The notes under the pieces were generated by a model that did no database searches, was not told the origin of the DNA, and saw only the letters and a program-made list of their open reading frames with translations. The position numbers were made by a program, and so were the translations under genes. From Rhizomicrobium sp. (lineage in GTDB: Bacteria; Pseudomonadota; Alphaproteobacteria; Micropepsales; Micropepsaceae), in assembly GCA_036490345.1 (NCBI GenBank), contig DASXEA010000017.1, positions 96 to 64,095 of the forward strand: a DNA stretch of 64,000 nucleotides. Direction: 5' to 3'. Positions 1 through 11,214 of the stretch are shown here, piece after piece. Within the stretch, counting starts at the first letter, position 1. Every line of letters begins with the position of its first letter.

Positions 1-168
1 GTACGAAACCTCGCTGACCTTGAACGTGAAGCTCGGCTCGTCGTCCGGCCAGCCGCCGATTGCGAACACCTTGTCGCCGACTTTCCAGACATGCGATCCG
101 CCCCACTGGATCACATGGCTGGTGGCCGGGAGCGCCCCGCAGAATGCGTTGAATTCGTCATTCGTCAT
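1..168 (-). CDS. MmcQ/YjbR family DNA-binding protein (partial, 3' end outside window)
   Basis: Own translation: MTNDEFNAFCGALPATSHVIQWGGSHVWKVGDKVFAIGG...; the W-G...V(W/F)KVGxK(V/M)FA pattern is typical of YjbR. Not in the ORF track. Confidence 0.75.
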   Translation of the reverse strand, partial: MTNDEFNAFCGALPATSHVIQWGGSHVWKVGDKVFAIGGWPDDEPSFTFKVSEVSY

Positions 169-279
169 GCCGCCTCGCGCCATCGTCCCGAACTTGCCCG
201 CATCGCGGCATGAAGGCGACGGTCGCCGAAGATCGCGCGCGTATACCACCTCTCCCGCTGTTCACGGTCTTCGGATAGA

Positions 280-1827
280 TTATTCCCACTCGATCGTGCC
301 GGGCGGTTTGCTCGTTACGTCGTAGCAGACGCGATTGATGCCCTTCACTTCGTTGACGATGCGCGTCGCCACGCGGGCGAGGAAGGCGTGTTCGAAGGGA
401 TAGGAATCCGCGGTCATGCCGTCGGTCGAGGTTACGGCGCGAAGGGCGCAGACGGAATCATAGGTGCGGTCGTCGCCCATCACGCCCACGGTCTTCACCG
501 GCAAGAGCACGGCAAAGGCCTGCCAGATTTCGTCGTAGAGGCCCGCTTTTCGGATCTCGTCGAGATAGATCGTGTCGGCCTTGCGCAAAATGTCGAGCTT
601 GTCGCGCGTGATTTCGCCGGGCACGCGGATGGCGAGTCCCGGCCCCGGGAAGGGATGTCGGCCGACGAAACTCTCCGGCAAGCCAAGCTCGCGGCCCAGC
701 GCGCGCACTTCGTCCTTGAACAATTCGCGCAGCGGCTCGACCAGTTTCAAGCGCATGCGTTCGGGCAGCCCGCCCACATTGTGATGCGATTTGATGGTGA
801 CCGACGGCCCGCCCAAGGGCGAGACGCTTTCGATCACATCGGGATAGAGCGTGCCCTGCGCCAGGAAATCGGCGCCGCCCACTTTCTCTGCTTCCAGATC
901 GAAGATCTCGATGAAAGCCGCGCCGATGATCTTGCGCTTTTTTTCGGGATCGCTCACGCCTTCGAGGCGCGAGAGAAACAGCTCGGCTGCATCGGCATGG
1001 ACGAGCGGAATGTTGTAGTGGCCGCGGAAGAGCGAGACGACCTCTTCCGCCTCGCCCGTGCGCATGAGGCCGGTGTCGACGAAGATGCAGGTGAGCTGAT
1101 CTCCGATCGCCTCATGGATGAGCACGGCGGCAACGGAGGAATCCACGCCGCCCGAAAGCCCGCAGATCACTCGGCCTTTGCCCACCTGGGCCTGGATGCG
1201 CGCGATCGCTTCGCGGCGAAAGATCTTCATGTTCCAGTCGGGCGCGATCTTCGCGATGTTGTGCACGAAGTTGGTGAGCAGCGCGCCGCCGCGCGGGGTG
1301 TGCACCACTTCAGGGTGGAACATGGTGCCGTAGAACTGGCGCGCCTCGTCGGCGATCACGGCGAAAGGCGCGCCTTCGCTCTCGGCGATCACATGGAAAC
1401 CGTTGGGCAGTGCGGTGACGCGGTCGCCATGGCTCATCCAGACGTCGTCGCGCGCGCCGAGCGCCCAGACATTTTCAAACAGCGGGCTCTGGCCGCTCAC
1501 CTCGACTGTGGCGCGGCCGAATTCGCGCTTCGACGAGCCTTCCACTCTGCCACCCAGCGCATGCACCATGGCCTGCTGGCCGTAACAGATGCCGAGCACC
1601 GGCACGCCGAGCTCGAACAGTTTGCGCGAGGCCTGCGGCGCGCCATCGTCCATGACGCTGCAGGGACCGCCCGAGAGGATGACGGCCTTGGGCGGTGCGG
1701 CGGCGATTGCCTCTTCGGCCTTGTGAAACGGCACGATCTCGCAATAGACGCCACTCTCGCGCACGCGGCGCGCAATCAGCTGCGTCACTTGCGACCCAAA
1801 ATCGACGACGAGGACGGGTGCGGTCAT
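280..1827 (-). CDS. guaA: GMP synthase (glutamine-hydrolyzing)
   Basis: [50 protein letters not shown]-terminal KPPGTIEWE. Confidence 0.99.
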   Translation of the reverse strand: MTAPVLVVDFGSQVTQLIARRVRESGVYCEIVPFHKAEEAIAAAPPKAVILSGGPCSVMDDGAPQASRKLFELGVPVLGICYGQQAMVHALGGRVEGSSKREFGRATVEVSGQSPLFENVWALGARDDVWMSHGDRVTALPNGFHVIAESEGAPFAVIADEARQFYGTMFHPEVVHTPRGGALLTNFVHNIAKIAPDWNMKIFRREAIARIQAQVGKGRVICGLSGGVDSSVAAVLIHEAIGDQLTCIFVDTGLMRTGEAEEVVSLFRGHYNIPLVHADAAELFLSRLEGVSDPEKKRKIIGAAFIEIFDLEAEKVGGADFLAQGTLYPDVIESVSPLGGPSVTIKSHHNVGGLPERMRLKLVEPLRELFKDEVRALGRELGLPESFVGRHPFPGPGLAIRVPGEITRDKLDILRKADTIYLDEIRKAGLYDEIWQAFAVLLPVKTVGVMGDDRTYDSVCALRAVTSTDGMTADSYPFEHAFLARVATRIVNEVKGINRVCYDVTSKPPGTIEWE

Positions 1828-1832
1828 GGCAG

Positions 1833-1964
1833 CCCCCTCCGTCTCGCCGCTGCGCGACGAGCCACCTCTCCCATGCTGCGCACGGGGCAGGAAAAGGGAG
1901 ATGCGCTTTTCCTTCCTCCCTCGACGAAGTCGGGGGAGGGGGACCGCGAAGCGGTGGAGGGGGC
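1833..1964. repeat. Composite palindromic (REP/MITE-like) element directly upstream of guaA
   Basis: Begins CCCCCTCCGTCTCGCCGCTGCGCGACGAGCCACCTCTCCC, ends GGGGGAGGGGGACCGCGAAGCGGTGGAGGGGG; inverted ends and internal hairpins. Confidence 0.7.
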
Positions 1965-2057
1965 CAGCGGACAGACGCCGACATGCCCTGCGGAATCGGT
2001 GGAAGACATGGCATCACCTAATGAGTTGGTTTGTCCTTGTCCAGAACTGCGGCGTGC

Positions 2058-3314
2058 TCAGTCACGGCGCTCCAGAATGGCCGTGTAAAATCCGTCCGTG
2101 CCGGTGGTGAAGGGGGTGGCGTGGAATTCCCTTGCCATGCCGGGCGGCGGCGCGAGACCCGTTTCGGCCTGCCAGACTGTCTGGGCGTCGGTGCGGGCAT
2201 AGTTCGGATGGCGGGTCAGGAAGGCATCGACCTGGTCGTCGTTCTCCGACGGGAGCAGCGAGCACGTGGCGTAGATCAAGCGCGCCGGCGCGAGCGTGGC
2301 CGCGGTGGCGAGCAATTGGGCCTGCAACGCGCGCAGATCGTCTAGGCGCGAATGCGTCAGGCGCCATTTGAGCTCCGGTTGCCGCCGCCAGGTGCCGGAA
2401 CCGCTGCAGGGTGCATCGATGAACACCGCGTCGAAGCGTTCGCGCGGCAATTCGCCGGAGCGATCCTCGATGATCTGCACACCGGCCCGCTCGGCGCGCG
2501 GGCGCAGCTGCGCCAGCCGCTTCTCGTCGGTATCGTAGGCGATGATGCGGCCCTCGTTCCGCATCGCCGCGGCGAGCGCCAGCGCCTTGCCGCCCGCGCC
2601 TGCGCCCAGATCGAGCACGCATTCGCCGGGTTTGGCAGCGCCCAGCAGCGAGGCGATCTGCGCCGCCTCATCCTGGAATTCGAAGCGGCCTTCGAGGAAC
2701 GTCGGCGTCCGGCTCAGGCCCTGCGCGCCTGCGCGGTCCCAGAGACGGATGCCGTGCGGCGCATGCGCCATCGGCTTGCCTTCGAGACCACCGGCGCGCA
2801 ACGAGGCCAGCACTTCCTCGCGCGTGGCCTTCAGCGTATTGACGCGCAAATCGACGGGCGCGCGGCCGCGCATGGAAGACAACTGGTCGAGCATCCGGTC
2901 GCCGAAGCGGCGGTGCAATTCATCTTCCAGCAAGGCGGGAAATTCGCCACGCACCCATAGCGGCTGCGGCGTGCGCGCGGGCATGGCGAGGCTGGCAAAT
3001 TCTTCCTCGGTGAGCGGCGCCGGCGCATATCCCTCGCCGTCGCACACATGCATGATCTCGGCCACCGTCGCGCCATCGTCGAGCGCGCTCGCCAGCACCA
3101 GCGCCCGCGGCGCGTTGCTCCCCATGCGCCAGGTGAAAGCGGCACGATGGCGGAACGTCGCAAAGACGCGCTCACCAACCGCGGCGCGATCCTTCGAGCC
3201 CGCATAGCGGCGCTCGCGAAACCAGCCGCGCAGAAAGCGATCGACCGGCTGGGCCGTATGTTCCAGCGCTTCGAGAATCTCGATCGCCGCCTGCAACCGC
3301 GCCCCGGGCGTCAT
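2058..3314 (-). CDS. RsmB/NOP family SAM-dependent RNA m5C methyltransferase
   Basis: MTPGARLQAAIEIL, RYAGSKDRAAV, QDEAAQIA, VLDLGAGAGGKAL, DAPCSGSGTWRR, YATCSLL. Confidence 0.93.
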   Translation of the reverse strand: MTPGARLQAAIEILEALEHTAQPVDRFLRGWFRERRYAGSKDRAAVGERVFATFRHRAAFTWRMGSNAPRALVLASALDDGATVAEIMHVCDGEGYAPAPLTEEEFASLAMPARTPQPLWVRGEFPALLEDELHRRFGDRMLDQLSSMRGRAPVDLRVNTLKATREEVLASLRAGGLEGKPMAHAPHGIRLWDRAGAQGLSRTPTFLEGRFEFQDEAAQIASLLGAAKPGECVLDLGAGAGGKALALAAAMRNEGRIIAYDTDEKRLAQLRPRAERAGVQIIEDRSGELPRERFDAVFIDAPCSGSGTWRRQPELKWRLTHSRLDDLRALQAQLLATAATLAPARLIYATCSLLPSENDDQVDAFLTRHPNYARTDAQTVWQAETGLAPPPGMAREFHATPFTTGTDGFYTAILERRD

Positions 3315-3324
3315 GGCGAATTCA

Positions 3325-3351
3325 CTCTACCCTCCTCAAGGGAAGGTAGAG
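3325..3351. repeat. Short hairpin between guaB and the RsmB-family gene
   Basis: CTCTACC-CTCCTCAAGGGAA-GGTAGAG; resembles a half-unit of the CCCTCTCCC/GGGAGAGGG repeat family. Confidence 0.45.
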
Positions 3352-3362
3352 GCTGCGTGCGC

Positions 3363-4871
<1,509 letters not shown>

Positions 4872-4914
4872 CTACCAGCCTTGGCCGCGAAGCGCAAGCG
4901 CTGGCATATCCATG

Positions 4915-5439
4915 TCAGGCGGATTGCGTAAAATGCCAGCAAAGCCAGGCAAAAGCGATCAGTGTGGGCATCACCGTCAGCACCATGCCGAAAACACGTC
5001 CGACAGGATAAATGAGATAACCGACCCAGAAGGTAAGGCGGCCGATCACGAACAGCCACGCCATCGCCGGGATGAGCACCAGCCGGTCATGGGGCAGCGC
5101 GAGCGCGAGACCCGCCCAGGCGATCGCGGCCAGCACTGTCTGCTCGAGCGTATTCTGGTTGTAGCGCAGATTGATCTCGAGGCCGTGATTGGCCGGGGTG
5201 CGTGTGCCGTCTATCGCATCGCGATAGAAACCGCGGCGCGCGGCGCCGACGACGCCCACCAGAAGGGTCAGACCCGGAAACAAAAGCCAGCGCAGAGCGA
5301 ATGCAAGGCGGCCAGCGGTGTCGTCGGGCGGCAACGTTACATGTGCGAACAAACGGCCACTGTGTTGCGATACCAGCGCAATGACCACCGCCGCCGCCAA
5401 CGCACCCGCCATGCCGATCAGGATTTTTCTCATCACCAT
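4915..5439 (-). CDS. MAPEG family membrane protein
   Basis: Hydrophobic helices with RYNQNTLEQ and FVIGRLTFWVGY; start taken at MVMRKILIG. Confidence 0.7.
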   Translation of the reverse strand: MVMRKILIGMAGALAAAVVIALVSQHSGRLFAHVTLPPDDTAGRLAFALRWLLFPGLTLLVGVVGAARRGFYRDAIDGTRTPANHGLEINLRYNQNTLEQTVLAAIAWAGLALALPHDRLVLIPAMAWLFVIGRLTFWVGYLIYPVGRVFGMVLTVMPTLIAFAWLCWHFTQSA

Positions 5440-5464
5440 CCCCTTCGCGTGCCGCACATACGCG

Positions 5465-6031
5465 CTAGCGTGGCAGGGCAATGAACAGCAGCGCGATGTA
5501 GGCGGAAAAAATCGCAAGGCTCAAAGGCGCGATGATTTTGTGAGCCAGATCGCTGCGCAGTATCATCCCGGCGAGCGCGACGACGAAAAAGGCGGCGTGC
5601 CCCGCGAGATCCGTCCGGTTGGGCGGACCGCCTCCCAGAATATAGCTCTTGGCGATACTCACAAGCAGCGCCACGACAATGGCTCCGAAAAACCAGCGCG
5701 ATTCGCGAAAATAGACCTGGCGCAGATCGATTCTGCCCTCGGCGGGTATATCGGGCACGAGGAGGGCCGTTCCGAGATAGAGTACGACAGGCTGCATCAG
5801 AACGATCAAAAAGCTCTGGATGCGCCATGGCGCGAAATTGCGCAGCGTGAACAGTGCCCACCACAATTGCACGTGAAGCAGGAAGAACAGCAGCATCTGC
5901 ACCGGCAGCGGCCAGAACATGTCGACCCGGTTGCGGGCCCGCACCATGGCTGCAAAGCCAGTGAGCAGATTGGCGAGCCCGAGGCCCAGGACGATCGAGA
6001 GCAAAACCGAAAGATAGGAAAACGCATCCAT
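5465..6031 (-). CDS. Hypothetical multi-pass membrane protein
   Basis: MDAFSYLSVLLSIVLGLG start, about 5 TM segments, DLRQVYFRESRWFF. Confidence 0.75.
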   Translation of the reverse strand: MDAFSYLSVLLSIVLGLGLANLLTGFAAMVRARNRVDMFWPLPVQMLLFFLLHVQLWWALFTLRNFAPWRIQSFLIVLMQPVVLYLGTALLVPDIPAEGRIDLRQVYFRESRWFFGAIVVALLVSIAKSYILGGGPPNRTDLAGHAAFFVVALAGMILRSDLAHKIIAPLSLAIFSAYIALLFIALPR

Positions 6032-6040
6032 CCGCGCGCC

Positions 6041-6724
6041 TCAGCCCCGAAACCCCTGCGCCACCAGATAGAGTTCGACCGATTCGGCACGGCTTGCCGG
6101 CGGCTTCACGTGTTTGACCTCGCGGAACAGGCGCTTGATGCGCGCGAGCAGGTCGCCCGCGGCGCCGCCCTGGAACACTTTGCCGACGAAGGCGCCTCCC
6201 GGCTTCAGCACGTCTTCGGCCACATCGAGCGCGGCTTCGAACAGCGCCACGGTGCGCAGATGGTCGGTCGGACGGTGGCCGGTCGTGGCGGCCGCCATGT
6301 CCGACAGAACCAGATCCGCCTGGCCACCCAGCGCCGTTTTGAGCCGCGCCGGCGTGTCCGCATCGAGCAGATCGGCACACAGGACCTCGACGTCCGGCAA
6401 CGGCGCCATCTCGAGAATATCCGCTGCGACGACTTTTCCACCCGCGCCAACCCGCTCGGCCGCGACCTGGCTCCAGCCGCCCGGCGCCGCGCCAAGATCG
6501 AGCACGCGCGCGCCCTTTTTCAGGAAATGAAACTTGTCGTCGAGTTCGCAAAGCTTGAAGGCCGCACGGCTCCTGAATCCTTTGGCTTTCGCTTCGCGCA
6601 CATAGGGATCGTTCAACTGCCGCTCAAGCCAGCGGGCCGACGACACGCCCCTGCCCTTGGCGTTCTTCACCTTCACGCGCGCAACGCCGCGGCCGGAAGA
6701 ATTGGTCGAGCGTTTTTCGGGCAT
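6041..6724 (-). CDS. rlmE: 23S rRNA Um2552 2'-O-methyltransferase (RlmE/FtsJ)
   Basis: [50 protein letters not shown]. Confidence 0.97.
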   Translation of the reverse strand: MPEKRSTNSSGRGVARVKVKNAKGRGVSSARWLERQLNDPYVREAKAKGFRSRAAFKLCELDDKFHFLKKGARVLDLGAAPGGWSQVAAERVGAGGKVVAADILEMAPLPDVEVLCADLLDADTPARLKTALGGQADLVLSDMAAATTGHRPTDHLRTVALFEAALDVAEDVLKPGGAFVGKVFQGGAAGDLLARIKRLFREVKHVKPPASRAESVELYLVAQGFRG

Positions 6725-7115
6725 GCGGCCGCCTCCGGCTGACCAGGGGTTCTAGCAGTGATCGGCAGCGAATGCGCGCCGCCCTGGACGAAAAACAAAA
6801 AACCGGCAGCTCGGGAAGCGCCGGGTGCAGCAAGGGGATCCTGACCGAAACCATAGCGCGTTTGATCGAACCGCGCCAGCAATTATCTGTATACAGAACG
6901 TTCTGCGGACGCCTATCCGGCCCGATCCCGCCGTTACAGCGCCGCGCCAGCCTCTGGCGGCATCATCCCTCCCGGGCGCCATCACCTTGCCGCCTGGTGG
7001 CCTCCGGTGGGCGCCAGACGCTTGAATCTCGCCGGCTACTCCATTAGGCAGGCGGGCTGGCGCGGCAGGCCTCCGTCGCCTCAGCGCCGGCCCGGCCGGC
7101 AAGCCGGGATCCCGT

Positions 7116-7189
7116 TGGGGGATCGTCTAACGGTAGGACCGCGGACTCTGACTCCGCTAGTCTAGGTTCGAATCCTAGTCCCCCAGCCA
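7116..7189 (+). tRNA. tRNA-Gln (anticodon CTG)
   Basis: Acceptor TGGGGGA/TCCCCCA, anticodon arm GCGGA-CT-CTG-AC-TCCGC, T-loop GGTTCGAATCC, encoded 3' CCA. Confidence 0.97.
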
Positions 7190-7482
7190 GCCTCCCTCGC
7201 GCTTTGCGGTCGAAGGTGGGCCTTTCACCCATCACGATATCCGGTTCGGCAAGCAAGCGCCTTACACCTTCGCAAGGACCAGGCTTCAAGGCCTGTGGCA
7301 GGGCATTCGCCCGTCTTCGCAAAGCCGCTCATCCGTCGGCGTCCCCGCCGCTGCGACGCAGCAAGCACGTGCCAGTCCGTTTGGCGGAGCGGGCGATTGA
7401 CTTCGGCAGGGAACAGGATTTGTTTTGTAGGATAATACCGTACAATAATGGCCTACATGTGGGGCCTTGGCGGAGGGGTGCG

Positions 7483-8186
7483 ATGAAAAACGCGACGAAC
7501 GCAACGCTGCTCTCCCTGGCATCTGTTGCAGTTCTGGTCGCGTTCGCGGGAACGACCGGCGCATCTGCCCAAATGGTCGCCTTAGTCCTTCCGTCCGACG
7601 GCATGCTCGCGACGCTGCATGCCTTCGAGGGAACCGACGGTCATCTCCCCGAACAGGGCCCGACCATCGTCGCAGCCGACGGCAATGATTGGGGTGTCAC
7701 CGAGTCCGGCGGCCCCAATGGCCAGGCACGGCCATCGTCGTCAATTCCCCGACATCCGTCTTTGGCCTGCTCAACAGTTTCGGGGGTTCCGCCGCCGATC
7801 CGGCCTCGCCTTCAGGTCCGCTCATGCAAGGGTCCGATGGAGTCCTGTATGGCACGACCATGGGTGGCAGAGCGTTCGGCGGCGGAACGGTATTCCGGGT
7901 GACGGGATCGGGAGAAACTACCGTGGTGCACAGCGTTCCCGCCAATTCGGCAAAGGAGGGAACGCTGCCGATGGGCGGTGTCGTCGAAGACAACAAGGGC
8001 AAACTCTACGGAGTGACAATTGCCGGCGGCGCATCAAGCCTTGGAACCGTCGATGTGCTGACGCCGGACGGCAAGGCCAAAACTTTGCACCGCTTCACGT
8101 CCACGGATGCGGTTGTGTCTCCTTGCGACGGCATGGCGCTTGCGGCCGATCGCAACCTCTGGGGCGTCGCAGCGCGGGCTGCGTGA
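7483..8186 (+). pseudogene. Frameshifted, truncated secreted propeller-repeat protein (choice-of-anchor tandem 'GloVer' type)
   Basis: Signal peptide and first repeat in ORF 7204-7902; further repeats (GSDGVLYGTTMGG, GKLYGVTIAGG, GTVFRVT) continue in ORF 7689-8186 after a 1-nt shift near 7723; stops mid-repeat. Confidence 0.7.
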
Positions 8187-8371
8187 ACGGAGACTTCTGC
8201 GGCTCCGCCGTCCTTTATGAACAGGCCGGGACCAAATCCAAGACCGGCGCGTAACAATGAGTGACAGAACCCACGTTTTCAATTATCTGATCCCGCTCGC
8301 GTCGGGAGGAGTGCCTTTGGGTCGTCGCCCAAGGCCCCTTTTCCAGGAACGATCGAGCTTCAGGAGAAGAC

Positions 8372-8755
8372 ATGCAGAAGGGCTTTCGGGAAAAAAACTT
8401 CGGCGAGCGGCTGAACGAATCCGCGAAGGCCAAACAGGCGCAGCTGGAGCGGGCGCGTGCGAAATCGCCGCACAACGATCCCGAATTCGCCGCGCGCCAG
8501 GAAGCGCGCCGCTTGGCCGATGTCGCCAGAGCCGCCCGGCAGGAAGAACGCCGGCAGGCCAAGCTGGTGGCGCTGGCGCGCGAAGCGGCCGAGAAAGAGG
8601 CAGCCGAATTGGCCCGCGCTGCCCAACTCCAGGCCGAAGCGGAGGCCCGCGAGGCGGAACGCGTCGAGCAGGCGCGCCGCGACGAGGAGAGGTTGGCCGC
8701 CCAAAAGGCCAACCGCGACGCACGCTATGCCGCCCGCAAGGCGCGGCAGAAATAG
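8372..8755 (+). CDS. DUF6481-like coiled-coil protein
   Basis: FREKNFGERLNESAKAKQAQLERARAK...P.DPEFAAR...KANRDARYAARKAR; AGGAG RBS upstream. Confidence 0.75.
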   Translation: MQKGFREKNFGERLNESAKAKQAQLERARAKSPHNDPEFAARQEARRLADVARAARQEERRQAKLVALAREAAEKEAAELARAAQLQAEAEAREAERVEQARRDEERLAAQKANRDARYAARKARQK

Positions 8756-8837
8756 GGCGTGCCTGCAAAGCACGAAAACGACATCGCGCTGCACGCGGTA
8801 TTGAAAGGAAAACCTGAAGCAGTCGCAGAGCGCCGCG

Positions 8838-9500
8838 TCAGACGGTAGCGGAAATCTTATTCTTCTTTCGGGTCCGCCATACGCCGAGGGTCGCCAGGGC
8901 CGCTCCGAGCAGACCGAGACTCGCAGGCTCAGGAACCGTGCTCACGGCAATATCGTCGATGATCGGCGATGCCTGCGTGGTGCTGTCCTCGGAAAAATCG
9001 AGCAGCGCATCGCCACTGGAATTGGCCTTGAAAAAGAACTGCTCTTCCGTGCCCGTGTCGTGGACGGTCCACGTACCGTTCACGCTCGCTATCTGAGTGC
9101 CATTGACGTCGAGCAGAAAGCCATATTGATCGCCCGGGCGATTATCGCCCGACAGGTTGAACGAAATCTCGTAGGTCTGACCTGCATTCAACCCGGTCAG
9201 GTTATAGGTGGCGTTCGTGGGACCGTTCTCGTTCAGCAGCAAGGCCTGCTGCGTCGGGTCGTCCGCGTTGACGGCCAGGTAAGCCCCGCCTGTGAAGGTC
9301 CAGCCAGCGAAATTGTTGATGTTGTTGTAGGTCGTGTTGATCCAGCGTTCGCTCGTGAGGTCGTTGCCGCTGAGATTGAGAGAGGTCCCGAGAAACCCGG
9401 GATCGTTGAAATCCTGCGTATAGATCGTTCCGGCCTGCGCGGCAGGGATGGCGGCAAGAAACGCGGCGATTGCCAATCCGGTCAATTTCACGGTCATCAT
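8838..9500 (-). CDS. Secreted PEP-CTERM sorting-domain protein
   Basis: Signal peptide ending AQA, Asn/Thr-rich body, C-terminal VPEPASLGLLGAALATLGVWRTRKK. Confidence 0.9.
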   Translation of the reverse strand: MMTVKLTGLAIAAFLAAIPAAQAGTIYTQDFNDPGFLGTSLNLSGNDLTSERWINTTYNNINNFAGWTFTGGAYLAVNADDPTQQALLLNENGPTNATYNLTGLNAGQTYEISFNLSGDNRPGDQYGFLLDVNGTQIASVNGTWTVHDTGTEEQFFFKANSSGDALLDFSEDSTTQASPIIDDIAVSTVPEPASLGLLGAALATLGVWRTRKKNKISATV

Positions 9501-9733
9501 CCCCTACGCCCTGACTGGTAACATACACGCCAAATAGACGGGCGTCCAAGAACGACTAGCAATTGCCGTACCAAGTCGCAAGGGCTTGGTTTCCCTGCTT
9601 TTCGCCTGGCGTCATTTCCGTGTCTGTAAAGTTTCCCGACAGATACCCGGCCGCGATCCCGCCCTGCTTCCCAGCATGCGCGCAAGGTGCCGTCGGGAAC
9701 GCGCCACCCCCTCTTTCGCCACAGACGGTGTTC

Positions 9734-10348
9734 CTATTCCCGCGCCTGCTTTAGGGCAGCCTCCAGCCGCAACCTTTCGTCATGCCAGCGCGCATCTTCC
9801 TTGCGAGCCTTGTGCTCAAGGGCGTCTTGCTCTTCCGCGATGCCAGCCGCCCGCGCCTCGTGCCTTTCGCGCGCTTCATCGAGCGCTGTCTGCGCCCTTT
9901 GAATGGCACGCGCGCGTTGCGCCTCCTCTCTGCTATCGCGGGCCGCGTCGCGCTCGCGACGTCTTTCCACGAGATCGTAGAGCTGCGCGGCTTTGCGCGT
10001 CGCGGCAGGATCGGCCTTCTTCGACTCTTTCGGCGCGGCGGTCTTCTTTTCGGTGATGCGGTTGTGTGCCGGCTTCCGACCGATCGCTTTTCGCAGGGCC
10101 GACAGCTTCGGAAGTTCGGCATGTTCCCTGAACACACCCTGCGAGCCGACCGGGCGGCGAAGAACAACTCCAGGGCGCGCCAGCGTCGCTGCGACAATGG
10201 CAGCGTCATGCGTTTCCTTCGCGAAGCCCGTATGAAACAAATTGCTCCTGCTGCTCCATAGAGAAAGCGCCGCCTTCATCGACGGTGCCGCCACGGCGAG
10301 GTCGAAGAAGCCGCTCGTGGTGATATAAGTCTTCAGCTTGCGCCCCAT
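9734..10348 (-). CDS. Conserved hypothetical protein (N-terminal globular part, C-terminal coiled coil)
   Basis: RKLKTYITTSGFFDLAVAAPSMKAAL...W; TAATG stop/start overlap with xth. Confidence 0.75.
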   Translation of the reverse strand: MGRKLKTYITTSGFFDLAVAAPSMKAALSLWSSRSNLFHTGFAKETHDAAIVAATLARPGVVLRRPVGSQGVFREHAELPKLSALRKAIGRKPAHNRITEKKTAAPKESKKADPAATRKAAQLYDLVERRRERDAARDSREEAQRARAIQRAQTALDEARERHEARAAGIAEEQDALEHKARKEDARWHDERLRLEAALKQARE

Positions 10349-11157
10349 TATCGCACAGCCTTTCGGGCCCGACCCGGCGCGCGCGACGTGGCGAGTTCAA
10401 TCCAGACTGGCGCATGATCGCTGGTCTTTGGCCAGGCACGTGCAAACCTGTCAACGCCGCTCGCCACGAGGCGTTGTGCGAGAACGGGGCTCAGAAGGAA
10501 GTGGTCGATGCGAAGCCCGGCATCGCGGGCGAAGGCGTTGCGAAAATATTTCCAGAACGTGTAGATGCGTTCCTCCGGGTGCAATGCGCGGATCGCATCG
10601 GTCCATCCCTGCCCGACCAGATCGGCAAAGGCCTTCCGCACCTCCGGACGGAACAGCGCATCGTCGCGCCAGCGCTCCGGCGCATAGACGTCGAGATCGG
10701 TCGGCATGACATTGAAGTCGCCAGCCAGAATCACCGCCGACTTCGCAGAAAGCAACGTTTTGGCGTACGCCTGAAGCCGTGCAAACCATTCGAGCTTGTA
10801 GGCGAATTTGGGACCGGAAGCAGGATTGCCGTTGGGCAGATACAGCGAAGCGATACGAAGCCCTTTCACGTGGCCTTCGATATAGCGACTATGCGTATCG
10901 CCGGGATCGCCCGGCAGGCCGCGCCGGAGTTCTTTCGGGGGTTCGCCCCTGGCCAGGATCGCAACACCATTCCAGGCTTTCTGTCCGTGCCAGATCGCAC
11001 CGTAACCCGCCCTTTCCAGTTCGGCGCGCGGAAATCGCTCATGCGGCGCCTTCAGTTCCTGCAGGCAGACGATTTCCGGTTTGGCTTCCCCGAGCCAGCG
11101 CAACAGGACCGGTAGCCGGCCATTCACGCCGTTTACATTGTAAGTCGCGATGCGCAT
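10348..11157 (-). CDS. xth: Exodeoxyribonuclease III
   Basis: MRIATYNVNGV, VCLQELK, YLPNGNP, AGDFNV, YTFWKY, GLRIDHFL, SDHAPV. Confidence 0.96.
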   Translation of the reverse strand: MRIATYNVNGVNGRLPVLLRWLGEAKPEIVCLQELKAPHERFPRAELERAGYGAIWHGQKAWNGVAILARGEPPKELRRGLPGDPGDTHSRYIEGHVKGLRIASLYLPNGNPASGPKFAYKLEWFARLQAYAKTLLSAKSAVILAGDFNVMPTDLDVYAPERWRDDALFRPEVRKAFADLVGQGWTDAIRALHPEERIYTFWKYFRNAFARDAGLRIDHFLLSPVLAQRLVASGVDRFARAWPKTSDHAPVWIELATSRAPGRARKAVR

Positions 11158-11214
11158 CGGTCGTTCACAGGTTGCATGGGAATCAAACGCCCGGCGGCGG
11201 TACTGGGACGCGTG

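Noticed and set aside
6725-7115. 390-bp gap between rlmE and tRNA-Gln as possible ncRNA or ppx/gppA remnant
   Set aside because: No recognisable structure or coding homology by eye.
7190-7480. Possible integrase remnant after the tRNA
   Set aside because: No tyrosine or serine recombinase motif in any frame shown.
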